NCBI GenBank assembly: GCA_043821645.1
Contig: JBDRCO010000052.1
Coordinates: forward strand, 1-64,000
Origin: Pseudomonadota bacterium
GTDB lineage: Bacteria > Myxococcota > JACRCW01 > JAFGSX01
DNA: 64,000 bases
Direction: 5' to 3'
Part shown: positions 37,450 to 48,378 of the stretch, one piece after another
Position numbering within the stretch: position 1 is the stretch's first letter
Layout of the letters: each line of letters starts with the position of its first letter
The notes under the pieces: model-generated
What the model saw: only the letters and a program-made list of their open reading frames with translations
Database searches by the model: none
Told to the model about the DNA's origin: nothing
Translations under genes and position numbers: made by a program

Positions 37450-38762
37450 GGCGCGCTCCCGCGGTTCGTGGGCACCGCGATCCGCGGTCTGACCTCCTCC
37501 ACTTCGACTTGGGCGCGTCCCGCATCGGTCAGGAAAAGCATGCGAATGTTGACCGCCAGGAGAACGACGAGGAGTGCGGTCAGGGCTCGGATATCGACAC
37601 CGAAAGCACGCCCCACCGCCAGCAGAGCGATCACCTGTCCCGCCACTGCACCCATCTTGAGCCAGAAAACCAGACCGGCGCGCGGCCGTGCTGCGACGTC
37701 GGCCGCTCCCCCCGGCTGGAATGCGGTGGCGCAGGAATCGCACCAGGGTCGCAGGTTGATCCGGAAGTGGTGGCAGGCATCGCACAGTGGCCGACCACAG
37801 GACACGCAGCGCTGCCGCGAGTTCAGTTGGTGGTCCGGACAGGGCAAGCCGACGGCGACCGCACTGCGGTCCTCGTGCGCCGCCGGCAGCCCGGACGCCG
37901 TGCCCCGTGTGCCCCCGCCGATCACCAGCAGCGGTCGGCGAGGTGAGGCCAGCTCTGGTGTGTCCGCAGCCGCAGTGGAGGGGAGAGGTGACGCCGTCTC
38001 GGCACTCTGTCCCGGCTGTCGCTCCCCTAGAGAGCCTGGTGCAGGCGCACCCGTCGCGGCATCGGACGCCAGCTGGAGACGGGGGTTGGACGCCAGCTCC
38101 AGCTCGAAATCGCGGTGCCCGCGACCTTCTGTCACCAGCTGTGGCGGCAGTGCCGCGCGTTCCAGGTCGAGTTCAAGGCTCTTCTCGACGCGAACCAGAG
38201 GGTGCTCGCCATCCCCGGAATAATCGAGCCTGCGGAGTTCGCCGCTGACCATGGCCGCAGGAGGCTCCTGTGTGTGCGCGCTGGTCTCGGACTCGACAGG
38301 GCGCTGCGGCCGAAGCGGAACCGGTTGCAGCGCCGGTTCGGTGGCCTGGTATCTCGGATCAGCGGCGGGCAGCGGCGGGGGTGGGATGCGCGTCACGGGT
38401 CGGGCGGCGGACGGTGGTAGCGTGTCTATCCCCGAGATCGGTGCCGGTGTCCGCGGTCGTGTCACCTCCTCGCCAAGGGCCGGCACCTGCGTACGCGTTG
38501 CGCTGAGCACCTCGACCAGTTGATCGGCGCGCGACAGGTCGCCCGCCGTCGGATCGGTGAGATCCACGGTGGTGTCCTCGTCACCGAACACCACTCCCGT
38601 CCTGGGAACGGCAAAGGGATCCCCCGCACCTGGCGGCACAGAGATCGGTGCCGGGCGGATGGTGACGCCGGTGATCTCCACCAGCGGCACACCGCAGGTA
38701 TCGCACACACCGCTCCCTCCAAAGGCGTAGCTCTGCATGCAGCGCGGGCACTGTCGCGGCAC
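37446..38762 (-). CDS. Hypothetical membrane protein: N-terminal zinc ribbon, disordered linker, B-box-like zinc finger, 2 TMs
   Basis: CPRC..CDTC at the N-terminus; CPDH...CVSC...CDAC...WCDSC; two C-terminal hydrophobic helices. Confidence 0.65.
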   Translation of the reverse strand: MPRQCPRCMQSYAFGGSGVCDTCGVPLVEITGVTIRPAPISVPPGAGDPFAVPRTGVVFGDEDTTVDLTDPTAGDLSRADQLVEVLSATRTQVPALGEEVTRPRTPAPISGIDTLPPSAARPVTRIPPPPLPAADPRYQATEPALQPVPLRPQRPVESETSAHTQEPPAAMVSGELRRLDYSGDGEHPLVRVEKSLELDLERAALPPQLVTEGRGHRDFELELASNPRLQLASDAATGAPAPGSLGERQPGQSAETASPLPSTAAADTPELASPRRPLLVIGGGTRGTASGLPAAHEDRSAVAVGLPCPDHQLNSRQRCVSCGRPLCDACHHFRINLRPWCDSCATAFQPGGAADVAARPRAGLVFWLKMGAVAGQVIALLAVGRAFGVDIRALTALLVVLLAVNIRMLFLTDAGRAQVEVEEVRPRIAVPTNRGSAP

Positions 38763-38839
38763 CAGGACCTCCGGGGAACGACGTCCCAGGATAACCCCAC
38801 GCTGACGGGGGCAGCAACGCGACGACCTGGTGATGGAGA

Positions 38840-38868
38840 TTGCCCGGGCACCGATGCACCGTTAGTCT
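38840..38868 (+). promoter_or_regulatory. Putative sigma70 promoter for the UPF0210-yjbQ genes
   Basis: TTGCCC-N17-TAGTCT, about 48 nt upstream of ATG 38916. Confidence 0.45.
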
Positions 38869-38915
38869 GCGACGCCATCGATTCCCGGGTGACCCCGGAG
38901 AATGAGGGAGCGTGC

Positions 38916-40307
38916 ATGTTCTGGCAACACGGGGAAGTGCTCGAGACCTTGCGGATGATAGAGGTTGAGAGCCTGGACATCCGCACAGTGACCATGGGGA
39001 TCTCGCTGCGCGGTGCCGCCTGTGACGACGCCGGGCGGCTGTGCGACCGCATCTACGACACCGTGGTGCGGCGGGCGTCAAAGCTCAAGGCCACGGTGCA
39101 ACAGGTGCAGGCCGAGCTCGGGGTGCCCATCGTCAACTGCCGTGTGTCGGTCACACCCGTGGCCATCGTCAGCGAGGGGGTCGAGCCCACACCCGACGCT
39201 CTGGTTGCGGTCGCCCGCACCCTGGATCGTGCTGCCCAGGAGGTGGGGGTCGACTACATCGCGGGTTTCACCGCCCTGGTCGAGAAGGGATCCACACCAG
39301 GGGACCGCGCTCTCATCGATGCCATCCCCGAGGCCATTGCCTCGACCCAGCGTGTGTGCGCCTCGGTCAACCTGGCGTCGAGCCAGGCGGGCATCAACAT
39401 GGACGCTGTGCGGCGCATGGGGCAGGTCATCCTGGATCTGGCCAACCGCACCGCGGATCGCGATGGCATCGGCTGCGCCAAGCTCGTGGTTTTCGCCAAC
39501 GCGGTCAGTGACAACCCCTTCATCGCGGGCGCCTTTCACGGCGTGGGCGAGGCCGAGAACGTGATCAACGTCGGCGTGTCGGGTCCCGGCGTGGTGCTCG
39601 CCGCGCTCAAGCGCCTGCGTGCCCAGACCCCGGAGAGCGCCATCGACTTCTCGCTGCTCGCCGAGACCATCAAGCGCATGGCCTTCAAGGTCACCCGCGC
39701 CGGAGAGCTTGTCGGCAGAGAAGTGGTGCGCCGTCTGGGGCCACCCCTGTGCTTCGGTGTGGTCGACCTGTCCCTGGCACCGACGCCGGCTGTGGGCGAC
39801 TCGGTGGCCGAGATCATCGAGTTGCTGGGTCTCGAGTGCATCGGTGCGCCCGGAACCACGGCGGCCCTGGCTCTGCTCACGGACGCCGTCAAGCGCGGCG
39901 GCATGATGGCATCGTCGTCGGTGGGCGGCCTGTCGGGGGCATTCATCCCGCTCAGCGAGGACGCCGCCATGGCGCGCGCAGCCGAAGTCGGGGCATTGAC
40001 CATCGAGAAGCTCGAGGCGATGACGGCCATCTGCTCGGTGGGCCTGGACATGGTCACCATCCCTGGTGACACACCGGCGACCACCATCTCCGGCATCATC
40101 GCCGACGAGTGCGCCATCGGTGTGATGAACCACAAGACCACGGCCTGCCGGTTGATCCCGGTACCCGGAAAGAAAGCGGGCGAGCGCGCGGTCTTTGGAG
40201 GCCTGCTCGGCGAGTCACCGGTGATGCCGGTCAACACGTTCTCATCGGCAGGCTTCGTGCGCATTCCGGGTCGCATTCCGGCACCCCTCCACGCCCTGCG
40301 CAACTGA
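38916..40307 (+). CDS. PFL-like family protein (UPF0210/DUF711)
   Basis: [24 protein letters not shown]...[33 protein letters not shown] and PAP...LRN end. Confidence 0.9.
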   Translation: MFWQHGEVLETLRMIEVESLDIRTVTMGISLRGAACDDAGRLCDRIYDTVVRRASKLKATVQQVQAELGVPIVNCRVSVTPVAIVSEGVEPTPDALVAVARTLDRAAQEVGVDYIAGFTALVEKGSTPGDRALIDAIPEAIASTQRVCASVNLASSQAGINMDAVRRMGQVILDLANRTADRDGIGCAKLVVFANAVSDNPFIAGAFHGVGEAENVINVGVSGPGVVLAALKRLRAQTPESAIDFSLLAETIKRMAFKVTRAGELVGREVVRRLGPPLCFGVVDLSLAPTPAVGDSVAEIIELLGLECIGAPGTTAALALLTDAVKRGGMMASSSVGGLSGAFIPLSEDAAMARAAEVGALTIEKLEAMTAICSVGLDMVTIPGDTPATTISGIIADECAIGVMNHKTTACRLIPVPGKKAGERAVFGGLLGESPVMPVNTFSSAGFVRIPGRIPAPLHALRN

Positions 40308-40341
40308 AGGGAGCACAGCTCCCATCGTCGAGGGAGACCTC

Positions 40342-40761
40342 ATGCCTCGCTTCGAGTTGATGTATCGCACCACCACCGGCACCGATCTCCTCGATGTCAC
40401 GGACGACGTGCAAGGTTGCGTGCGCGAGGCTGGCGTCGCCGAGGGTCTGGTTGCGTGTTTTGTACCCGGCTCCACAGCCGCCTTGACCACCATCGAATAC
40501 GAAAGTGGCGCCCTCGAGGACCTGCAGCGCGCCCTCGAACAGCTGGCACCGGTCGATGGCCGATACGCCCACAATGCCCGCTGGCACGACGGCAACGGCT
40601 ACAGTCATCTGCGCGCGGCCCTGCTCGGTCCGTCGCTGAGCGTGCCCGTCGCCGGCGGGCAGCTCGAGCTCGGCACCTGGCAGCAGATCCTGCTGTGCGA
40701 CTTCGACAACAAGCCCAGGCAGCGGCGGCTGGTTGTTCGGGTACTGGGCGATCCGGCCTGA
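40342..40761 (+). CDS. yjbQ: YjbQ family (UPF0047) protein
   Basis: GSTAALTTIEYE, NG.SHLRA and LGTWQQI...DFD. Confidence 0.9.
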   Translation: MPRFELMYRTTTGTDLLDVTDDVQGCVREAGVAEGLVACFVPGSTAALTTIEYESGALEDLQRALEQLAPVDGRYAHNARWHDGNGYSHLRAALLGPSLSVPVAGGQLELGTWQQILLCDFDNKPRQRRLVVRVLGDPA

Positions 40762-40772
40762 GGACCCAGGGA

Positions 40773-42464
40773 TCAGGCTCGACGCTGCAAGATGGTTTCA
40801 TGGCGGCGACGCAGGACACCCAGCATCAACAGTCCCAGCACGAGGGTCGCAGGTGTCGTCCGGGTCGCCTGGTGGCACTGGCACCCAGCCTCGGGCACGA
40901 CCTCGAGGACGTCGAGGCTGGTGGTTTGGGCTCCGCATTCCAGGCCCAGGGAAAGATCCCGCGCACCTGGTGTCGCCCCGGCGTCAACGCGGATGGTCGC
41001 CCGCAGCTCGGTGTCCGACAGGCGCTCGACGTCGACGACCCGGGCACCGGTCCCTGACAACGCGAGTACCATCTCCTGGTCAGACCAGAAGCCCTGGCCC
41101 TGGATGGTGAGGGTGGTGTCCTGGCCTGGCGTCAGGGTCGACGGACTGGACGAACTCAGGCTGGGTTCCGCGCAGTTCAGCATGGCGAGGTCCAGGGTGA
41201 ACTCGCCTCCCTGCACCCGGAAGCTCTCTGGGTCGGGCTCCTCGCTCCCCAGGTTGGCGACCGCCACCACCACGCGCTGAAGCAGGTCGACGTCCTCGAT
41301 GAGTACCTGGCCATGTCCCTGGGCATCGACGTCGACAGGCAGGGCCTGGTTGGGGGGATGGCCCAGGGTGAGCAACTGCGGCCGCCACTGCATCTGTGGA
41401 TCACCGTCGAAGCGAACCCGCAACACGTGCTGGGCAGGCGCCCCGGCGAGGTCGAGGCTCAGGAAGCTGGTACCCAGGATCTGCGGGGCCCGGTGCGGCG
41501 CCAGCTTGGACAGGGGCAGCTGGTCCAGCGCGAGGTCGGTGTCGATCGCGACCTCGGCACCTCGCCACTGAGCTGCTCCCCGGATGTGCTTGCCGTCGTC
41601 GTTGCGACCGATGAAGTAGCGGGCCTCGGAGAAGCGCGTAAAGGCGTCCGCGAAGACCACAGCTTCCTCGGCCAGGACCGTGGTCATGGCGTCGATGAGA
41701 TCCGGTTCATTCGGAGCCGTGGTGTAGGGCAGCCCGTCGCGGTCGAACAGAACCTCGCCAGGCTGGGCCGTGGCGTCCCAGATGCGGGCAAGCAGTCGCC
41801 CGTCACCAGCGCCGTAGGTCTGATCCAAGAAGTACGAGAACAGGCTGGCGCCGTAGTGGTAGTAGCTGCCCCAGTCGACATAGAACAGGGGACGCTCGGG
41901 CTCGCGCTGGAAGTCAGCAAAAACAGTGTCGAGGAAGCTGTCCTCTGGATAGAGGGTCGTCGTCACAGCGACCGTGATCTGCTCGAAGGCGAAGTTGCTG
42001 TCGGTGCATTCGACGGCGAACTGGCAAGCATGGTTGAACTCGTGGGCGAGCAGGTTGGGGAGGTACCACGACGGCATGCTATCGCTGACAAGGGTGATGG
42101 CAGCGCAGTCGGTTCGCGGTGTGCCGGGAATGTCGCCCAGAGCCACCACATGGCCCGCGATGTTGGAGTCGCGCACCAGGTAGATGCGCATGCCGGGGAC
42201 AGGCGCGCCCTGGTCGTCAACGGTGACAGGCACTGCGAAGCCCATGCCATCGATCTCGGCGGTCCACGCCGCCTCGGCTGCGTCGAGCATGTGCTGGGCC
42301 AGGGCCGCGTTGTCCTGCGTGTTGTAGTAGACGCGCAGAGGGCGCTGGCTCGACTCCACGAAACCCACGGATTCGGGCACCTGGGCGCGGGCAGGCACAC
42401 TGGATGCGACCAGGGCCATCGTACTCAGGACTGGCAGGATGCTGTTTCGCAGGGCGGCTCGCAT
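40773..42464 (-). CDS. Secreted zinc metalloprotease (MXAN_6640-like) with Ig-like domain and MYXO-CTERM tail
   Basis: Signal peptide; HEFNH (HExxH); IPT-like PSTLTPGQDTTLTIQGQGF; C-terminal GCQC...LVLGLLMLGVLRRR. Confidence 0.82.
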   Translation of the reverse strand: MRAALRNSILPVLSTMALVASSVPARAQVPESVGFVESSQRPLRVYYNTQDNAALAQHMLDAAEAAWTAEIDGMGFAVPVTVDDQGAPVPGMRIYLVRDSNIAGHVVALGDIPGTPRTDCAAITLVSDSMPSWYLPNLLAHEFNHACQFAVECTDSNFAFEQITVAVTTTLYPEDSFLDTVFADFQREPERPLFYVDWGSYYHYGASLFSYFLDQTYGAGDGRLLARIWDATAQPGEVLFDRDGLPYTTAPNEPDLIDAMTTVLAEEAVVFADAFTRFSEARYFIGRNDDGKHIRGAAQWRGAEVAIDTDLALDQLPLSKLAPHRAPQILGTSFLSLDLAGAPAQHVLRVRFDGDPQMQWRPQLLTLGHPPNQALPVDVDAQGHGQVLIEDVDLLQRVVVAVANLGSEEPDPESFRVQGGEFTLDLAMLNCAEPSLSSSSPSTLTPGQDTTLTIQGQGFWSDQEMVLALSGTGARVVDVERLSDTELRATIRVDAGATPGARDLSLGLECGAQTTSLDVLEVVPEAGCQCHQATRTTPATLVLGLLMLGVLRRRHETILQRRA

Positions 42465-42585
42465 GATGACCTCCTTGGGGGGCACGCCCGGTGGTCCCGC
42501 GGCGCGGTCACAGCGCGTCCAGGCCGGCACCTGCAGCCGGTCCGCACCCGTCGAGAAGGACCTGAGCGTGTTGCCAGGGAGAGAG

Positions 42586-42601
42586 AGCAAGGGCGGTGCC
42601 A
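42586..42601 (-). promoter_or_regulatory. Sigma54 (RpoN) -24/-12 promoter for the MYXO-CTERM metalloprotease
   Basis: Minus strand TGGCAC-CGCCC-TTGCT matches TGGCAC-N5-TTGC(A/T), about 120 nt upstream of the ATG. Confidence 0.7.
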
Positions 42602-42755
42602 GCACTGGTTCGGCGTGACCGGGGCGCGTCCTGACGGAGCAGGACCCTTCGAGGGCAGGTTTGACCGCCAGGTCAGACGGACGATTTGAGCCACAGGTTG
42701 GCGTATAAGCGCCGCCACACCCTCACAGATCCGCAGCGGTGTTCAGTGAACCGCG

Positions 42756-43637
42756 TCAGCGGGCCATCAGGGGGTCGACCTTCTTGTCCCTGGGGATGAA
42801 CTCGCTGAGATAGTGATTCGAGTGGTACACGGTGAACAGCTTCTCGAAGAACAGCGCCACCGCGAACAACGCCACCGCGAACTCCGCACCCGCCTCACCA
42901 CGGATCATCGACGACACCGAGACCAGGAGCAGGATGATGATCCAGCCCTCGGCCAGCACGTCGAGCACGCCGAGACCGGTGTGGCGCGTGTAGAAGTAGC
43001 CACCGCCCGGGAACAGCAGGGACAGGCGCAGGGCCTCCTTCTTGTTCTTGAATTCGAGCTGGCAGCCCGGGCACCGGACCAGGCCGGCCTCGAGGGCATG
43101 GCCGCAGCGCGGGCAGAGGTGCCGGCGACCCACCGGCGCAGCCACCGGCGCCACCGACGACAGGCGCGGTATCAGCGCCTTGAGCTGGGCGCGTTCCTTG
43201 CCGTGCACGTAGTAGAAGCGCTCGGTCTTGCCGGTGCGGTATTTGAGCTCGAACCGACCCCAGCCGAGCTTGATCTTCTCGCAGTCCCCCCAGCGGACCT
43301 GGGCGATGCTGTCGCGCCAGCCGTAGTTCGTGGTGGTGGGGACGTGGATCATGCGACGGTCGGTGAACACCAGCAGCGCGCGCTTGATGTAGTAGATCAT
43401 CCAGCCGCTGGTGTACTGCTCCCAGAAGGTCATCGGTGAGCAGGCGGTGGTGACGAGCAGCACCTTCTCCTCGGGCTCCAGAAATCGAGGCAGGTAGCTT
43501 GACAGCTTGCCCAGCAACTCGCGCTGGCGCTTCTCGAACCCCTTCTTGGGATTGCCCTTCTTGTCGACGAAGGCCACGCTGGTGTCGACGAGAATGCCGT
43601 CAATGAGCTGCACGGCGGCAGCGGGCGAGGTGCTCAT
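42756..43637 (-). CDS. Hypothetical membrane protein (PH-like N-terminus, double zinc ribbon, TMs)
   Basis: LLVFTDRRMI (bacterial PH-like), CPRC/CPGC, LSLLFPGGGYFY and TM helices. Confidence 0.65.
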   Translation of the reverse strand: MSTSPAAAVQLIDGILVDTSVAFVDKKGNPKKGFEKRQRELLGKLSSYLPRFLEPEEKVLLVTTACSPMTFWEQYTSGWMIYYIKRALLVFTDRRMIHVPTTTNYGWRDSIAQVRWGDCEKIKLGWGRFELKYRTGKTERFYYVHGKERAQLKALIPRLSSVAPVAAPVGRRHLCPRCGHALEAGLVRCPGCQLEFKNKKEALRLSLLFPGGGYFYTRHTGLGVLDVLAEGWIIILLLVSVSSMIRGEAGAEFAVALFAVALFFEKLFTVYHSNHYLSEFIPRDKKVDPLMAR

Positions 43638-43709
43638 CCCTGTACCTCTGTGGATGTCTGGTGGGGGGAGAATAATGCGAGCGGGTGCCGCACACCAGGC
43701 CTGGAGCGC

Positions 43710-45803
<2,094 letters not shown>

Positions 45804-46060
45804 CGCTTCAATCCTCGGTGGAGTCCTCGCGAACGCACGGCGATCCGGGTCATTCCGGCAGCTTGCCGGTTCGCGAGGGGGCCCAACAAAACCTGGCCAG
45901 GTGGCGCTGTCAAGCCCGCACCATCCGAACGGAGTGCTCCACGACCCTTGTCCAGCAGGAGCCCGGGTGTCGGGCTGCACGCCGCGGGTCGCCACCTGCC
46001 GCCAAAAACGCTATACGGCAGCACTCGCCCGATGTTCAACGCGACTGCAAGGAGGAACTC

Positions 46061-47260
46061 ATGTCGTCGAGCAAGGTGGTGATCGTCGAAGCCCTGCGAA
46101 CCCCCATCGGTGCCATCGGCGGCGGCCTGGCCAGCCTGCAGGCGCGCGAGCTGGCAACCCGCATCATCCGCGCGCTGCTCGAGCGCAGCGGCCTCAAGCC
46201 CGAGCTGGTCGAGTACACCTGCATGGGATGGGTGATGCAGGATCCGCGCTCACCCAACCTGGCCAAGGTCGCGGCCGAGTTCGCGGGCGTGCCCAACACC
46301 TCACCGGGCACCACCTTTCACGAGAACTGCGCCTCGGGAGGCGCCGCCATCCACAGTCTGGCCCGGCGCATCAAGCTGGGCGAGGTCAAGCTGGGAATCG
46401 CCGGTGGCGTCGAGAGCATGAGCAACGTGGCGCGCTATCTCTATGCGGGTCGTACCAAGGGTCAGCTCTACGGTGACATGACCCTGGTCGACGGCCTGTT
46501 CGGCGCTCTCACCGACAGCAATGTTGGCAAGGACGGGGAACTGATGGGGCTGATGACCGAGCGCCTCGTCGACAAGTACGGTGTGACGAGGGAAGAACAA
46601 GATCAGGTCGCCCTGCGCAGTCACCAGAATGCACTCAAGGCCTGGGACGAGGGCGCCTTTGCAGACTACGTGGTGCCCGTCGAGCTGACCCAGAAGAAGG
46701 GCGATCCCGTCGTCGTTCAGAAGGACGAGGGTCCCAGGGCCATCACGATGGAACAGCTCGCCAAGGCAAGGCCCTATTTCAAGCCCGACGGAGGTACCAT
46801 CACCAGCCTCAACGCCAGCAGCCTCAACGATGGTGCGGCCGCGCTGATCCTGGCCGACGAGGACTACGCCAGGAGCCAGGGCCTGACGCCGCTGGCGGAG
46901 CTGCACAGCTTTCACAACGTTGGTGTGCCCCGCGAGCTCATGGGCGAGGGCGCTTTCAAGGTGGTGCCGCCCCTGCTCGAGAAGAACAAGCTGTCCCTCG
47001 GCGACGTGGACCTGTTCGAACTCAACGAGGCCTTCGCCGCGGTGCTTGCGGCGGCCTTCCACGATCTCAAGGATCTGCCCGTCGACAGGACCAATCCCTG
47101 GGGCAGTGGCATCTCGCTCGGACACCCGGTGGGTTGCACCGGCGCGCGCCAGGTCGTGGACATGGTCCACCAGCTGCGTCGCCGCGACAAGCAGGTCGGG
47201 CTGACCAGCCGCTGCGTTGGTGGTGGCATCGGTTCGGCCGAGCTGCTGTTCCGCATGTGA
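46061..47260 (+). CDS. Acetyl-CoA C-acyltransferase (thiolase)
   Basis: RTPIG, catalytic C in NCASG, GGVESMS, NEAF, GHPVG and CVGGG; AGGAGG RBS. Confidence 0.93.
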   Translation: MSSSKVVIVEALRTPIGAIGGGLASLQARELATRIIRALLERSGLKPELVEYTCMGWVMQDPRSPNLAKVAAEFAGVPNTSPGTTFHENCASGGAAIHSLARRIKLGEVKLGIAGGVESMSNVARYLYAGRTKGQLYGDMTLVDGLFGALTDSNVGKDGELMGLMTERLVDKYGVTREEQDQVALRSHQNALKAWDEGAFADYVVPVELTQKKGDPVVVQKDEGPRAITMEQLAKARPYFKPDGGTITSLNASSLNDGAAALILADEDYARSQGLTPLAELHSFHNVGVPRELMGEGAFKVVPPLLEKNKLSLGDVDLFELNEAFAAVLAAAFHDLKDLPVDRTNPWGSGISLGHPVGCTGARQVVDMVHQLRRRDKQVGLTSRCVGGGIGSAELLFRM

Positions 47261-47264
47261 CGCC

Positions 47265-47915
47265 ATGCCGGAGCGCGATCCCCGCCGCCAGTTTCTCGAG
47301 CGCATGACGGTGTTTCCGTCGGGCGAGGCCATGCTCGAGGGTCTGTTTCATACCGGCGACCGCACGCCACCCTGTCTTGTCGCGCCGCCCCACCCGCAGC
47401 TCGGTGGCAGCATGGACTCGCCGGTCTGCGCGGAGCTGTGCTGGACCCTGAGCCAGCAACGCTTGCCCACCCTGCGCTTCAACTATCAGGGGGTGGGAGC
47501 CTCGACCGGGCAGTCCCACGGCGACCAGCGTGACGTCGAGGATCTGCGTGCAGCACTCGGTCAGCTGCGCGAGACCACGGCGGTCAACGAGGTGGCCGTG
47601 GTGGGCTACTCCTTTGGCGCTTTTCTGGCTGCCCAGCTCGCACAGCGCGATCACCTGCTCGCGGCCTGCGTGCTGGTGGCACCGCCCGGGGCACTCTTCC
47701 CCTTTGACTGGGAGGCCCTGGGGCGCGCCACGTGCCCTGTTCTCGTACTGCTGGCCGAACACGACGTGTACTGCGACGCCACCGTGGCGACGAAGATGGC
47801 CCAGGCCGCGGGCCTGACCGTGCGCACCATCCGCAACGCGGATCACTTCTTCAGCCGGGGCCTGTTCGAGGTGGGCAGGCTCACTGCCGAGGTACTGAGC
47901 GAGAGTGCCGGCTGA
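47265..47915 (+). CDS. Alpha/beta fold hydrolase
   Basis: PHP..GGSMD, RFN.QGVG.S.G, GYSFG nucleophile and ADHFF. Confidence 0.88.
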   Translation: MPERDPRRQFLERMTVFPSGEAMLEGLFHTGDRTPPCLVAPPHPQLGGSMDSPVCAELCWTLSQQRLPTLRFNYQGVGASTGQSHGDQRDVEDLRAALGQLRETTAVNEVAVVGYSFGAFLAAQLAQRDHLLAACVLVAPPGALFPFDWEALGRATCPVLVLLAEHDVYCDATVATKMAQAAGLTVRTIRNADHFFSRGLFEVGRLTAEVLSESAG

Positions 47916-47995
47916 CCACCCGGGGCGTCGCCTTCTTGACCGCGCTGGCTCTGGCCAGGTCTTAAGTGGGCTCTCGCGCCTCGACGAGAATCCCT

Positions 47996-48187
47996 CTAGC
48001 GCGAGGGGGGCGTGGCCGGCGTCGGGATCACGTCGGCGGGGCGCTTCTCGGCGGACTTCTTGCCGAGCTTGGCGAGCAGCGCGTCCTGGCCGCCGTATGC
48101 GAGGTCTGCACGATCTTGTGCCTCGAAGCTGGTGAAGCGCCCCAGGGGTTTGCGGGTGGCAGCGACGCGGGGCTCGGTGAAAAGCAT
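47996..48187 (-). CDS. Small hypothetical protein (63 aa)
   Basis: GAGG 6 nt before the ATG, GC3-rich codons like neighbouring genes, fills an otherwise empty gap. Confidence 0.5.
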   Translation of the reverse strand: MLFTEPRVAATRKPLGRFTSFEAQDRADLAYGGQDALLAKLGKKSAEKRPADVIPTPATPPSR

Positions 48188-48378
48188 GTCAGACCTCGCA
48201 CAGGTGTTTGGCACTGGGTCCATGCGCACGCGATATATTACACTCCGGGTTGCGCAGGCGAGACAGAGAATACTGCGGAGCGACGAAGGGAGCGGTGTGC
48301 TGGTCAGGCCGGAGCCCTGTCGAAACCACCTCCTGGTGGTGGGTGCTGGCTGCCAGATCCTCGGAAAGGGCATCCCAC

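Noticed and set aside
38829-38880. GGTGATGGAGATTGCC resembles the 5' part of a fluoride riboswitch
   Set aside because: The conserved 3' CUGAUG/pseudoknot segment is missing, the motif overlaps the predicted -35 box, and no fluoride-related gene follows.
35701-42464. Rhomboid as the sorting enzyme for the nearby MYXO-CTERM protein
   Set aside because: Rhombosortases act on GlyGly-CTERM, this rhomboid has a different architecture, and the genes are not adjacent.
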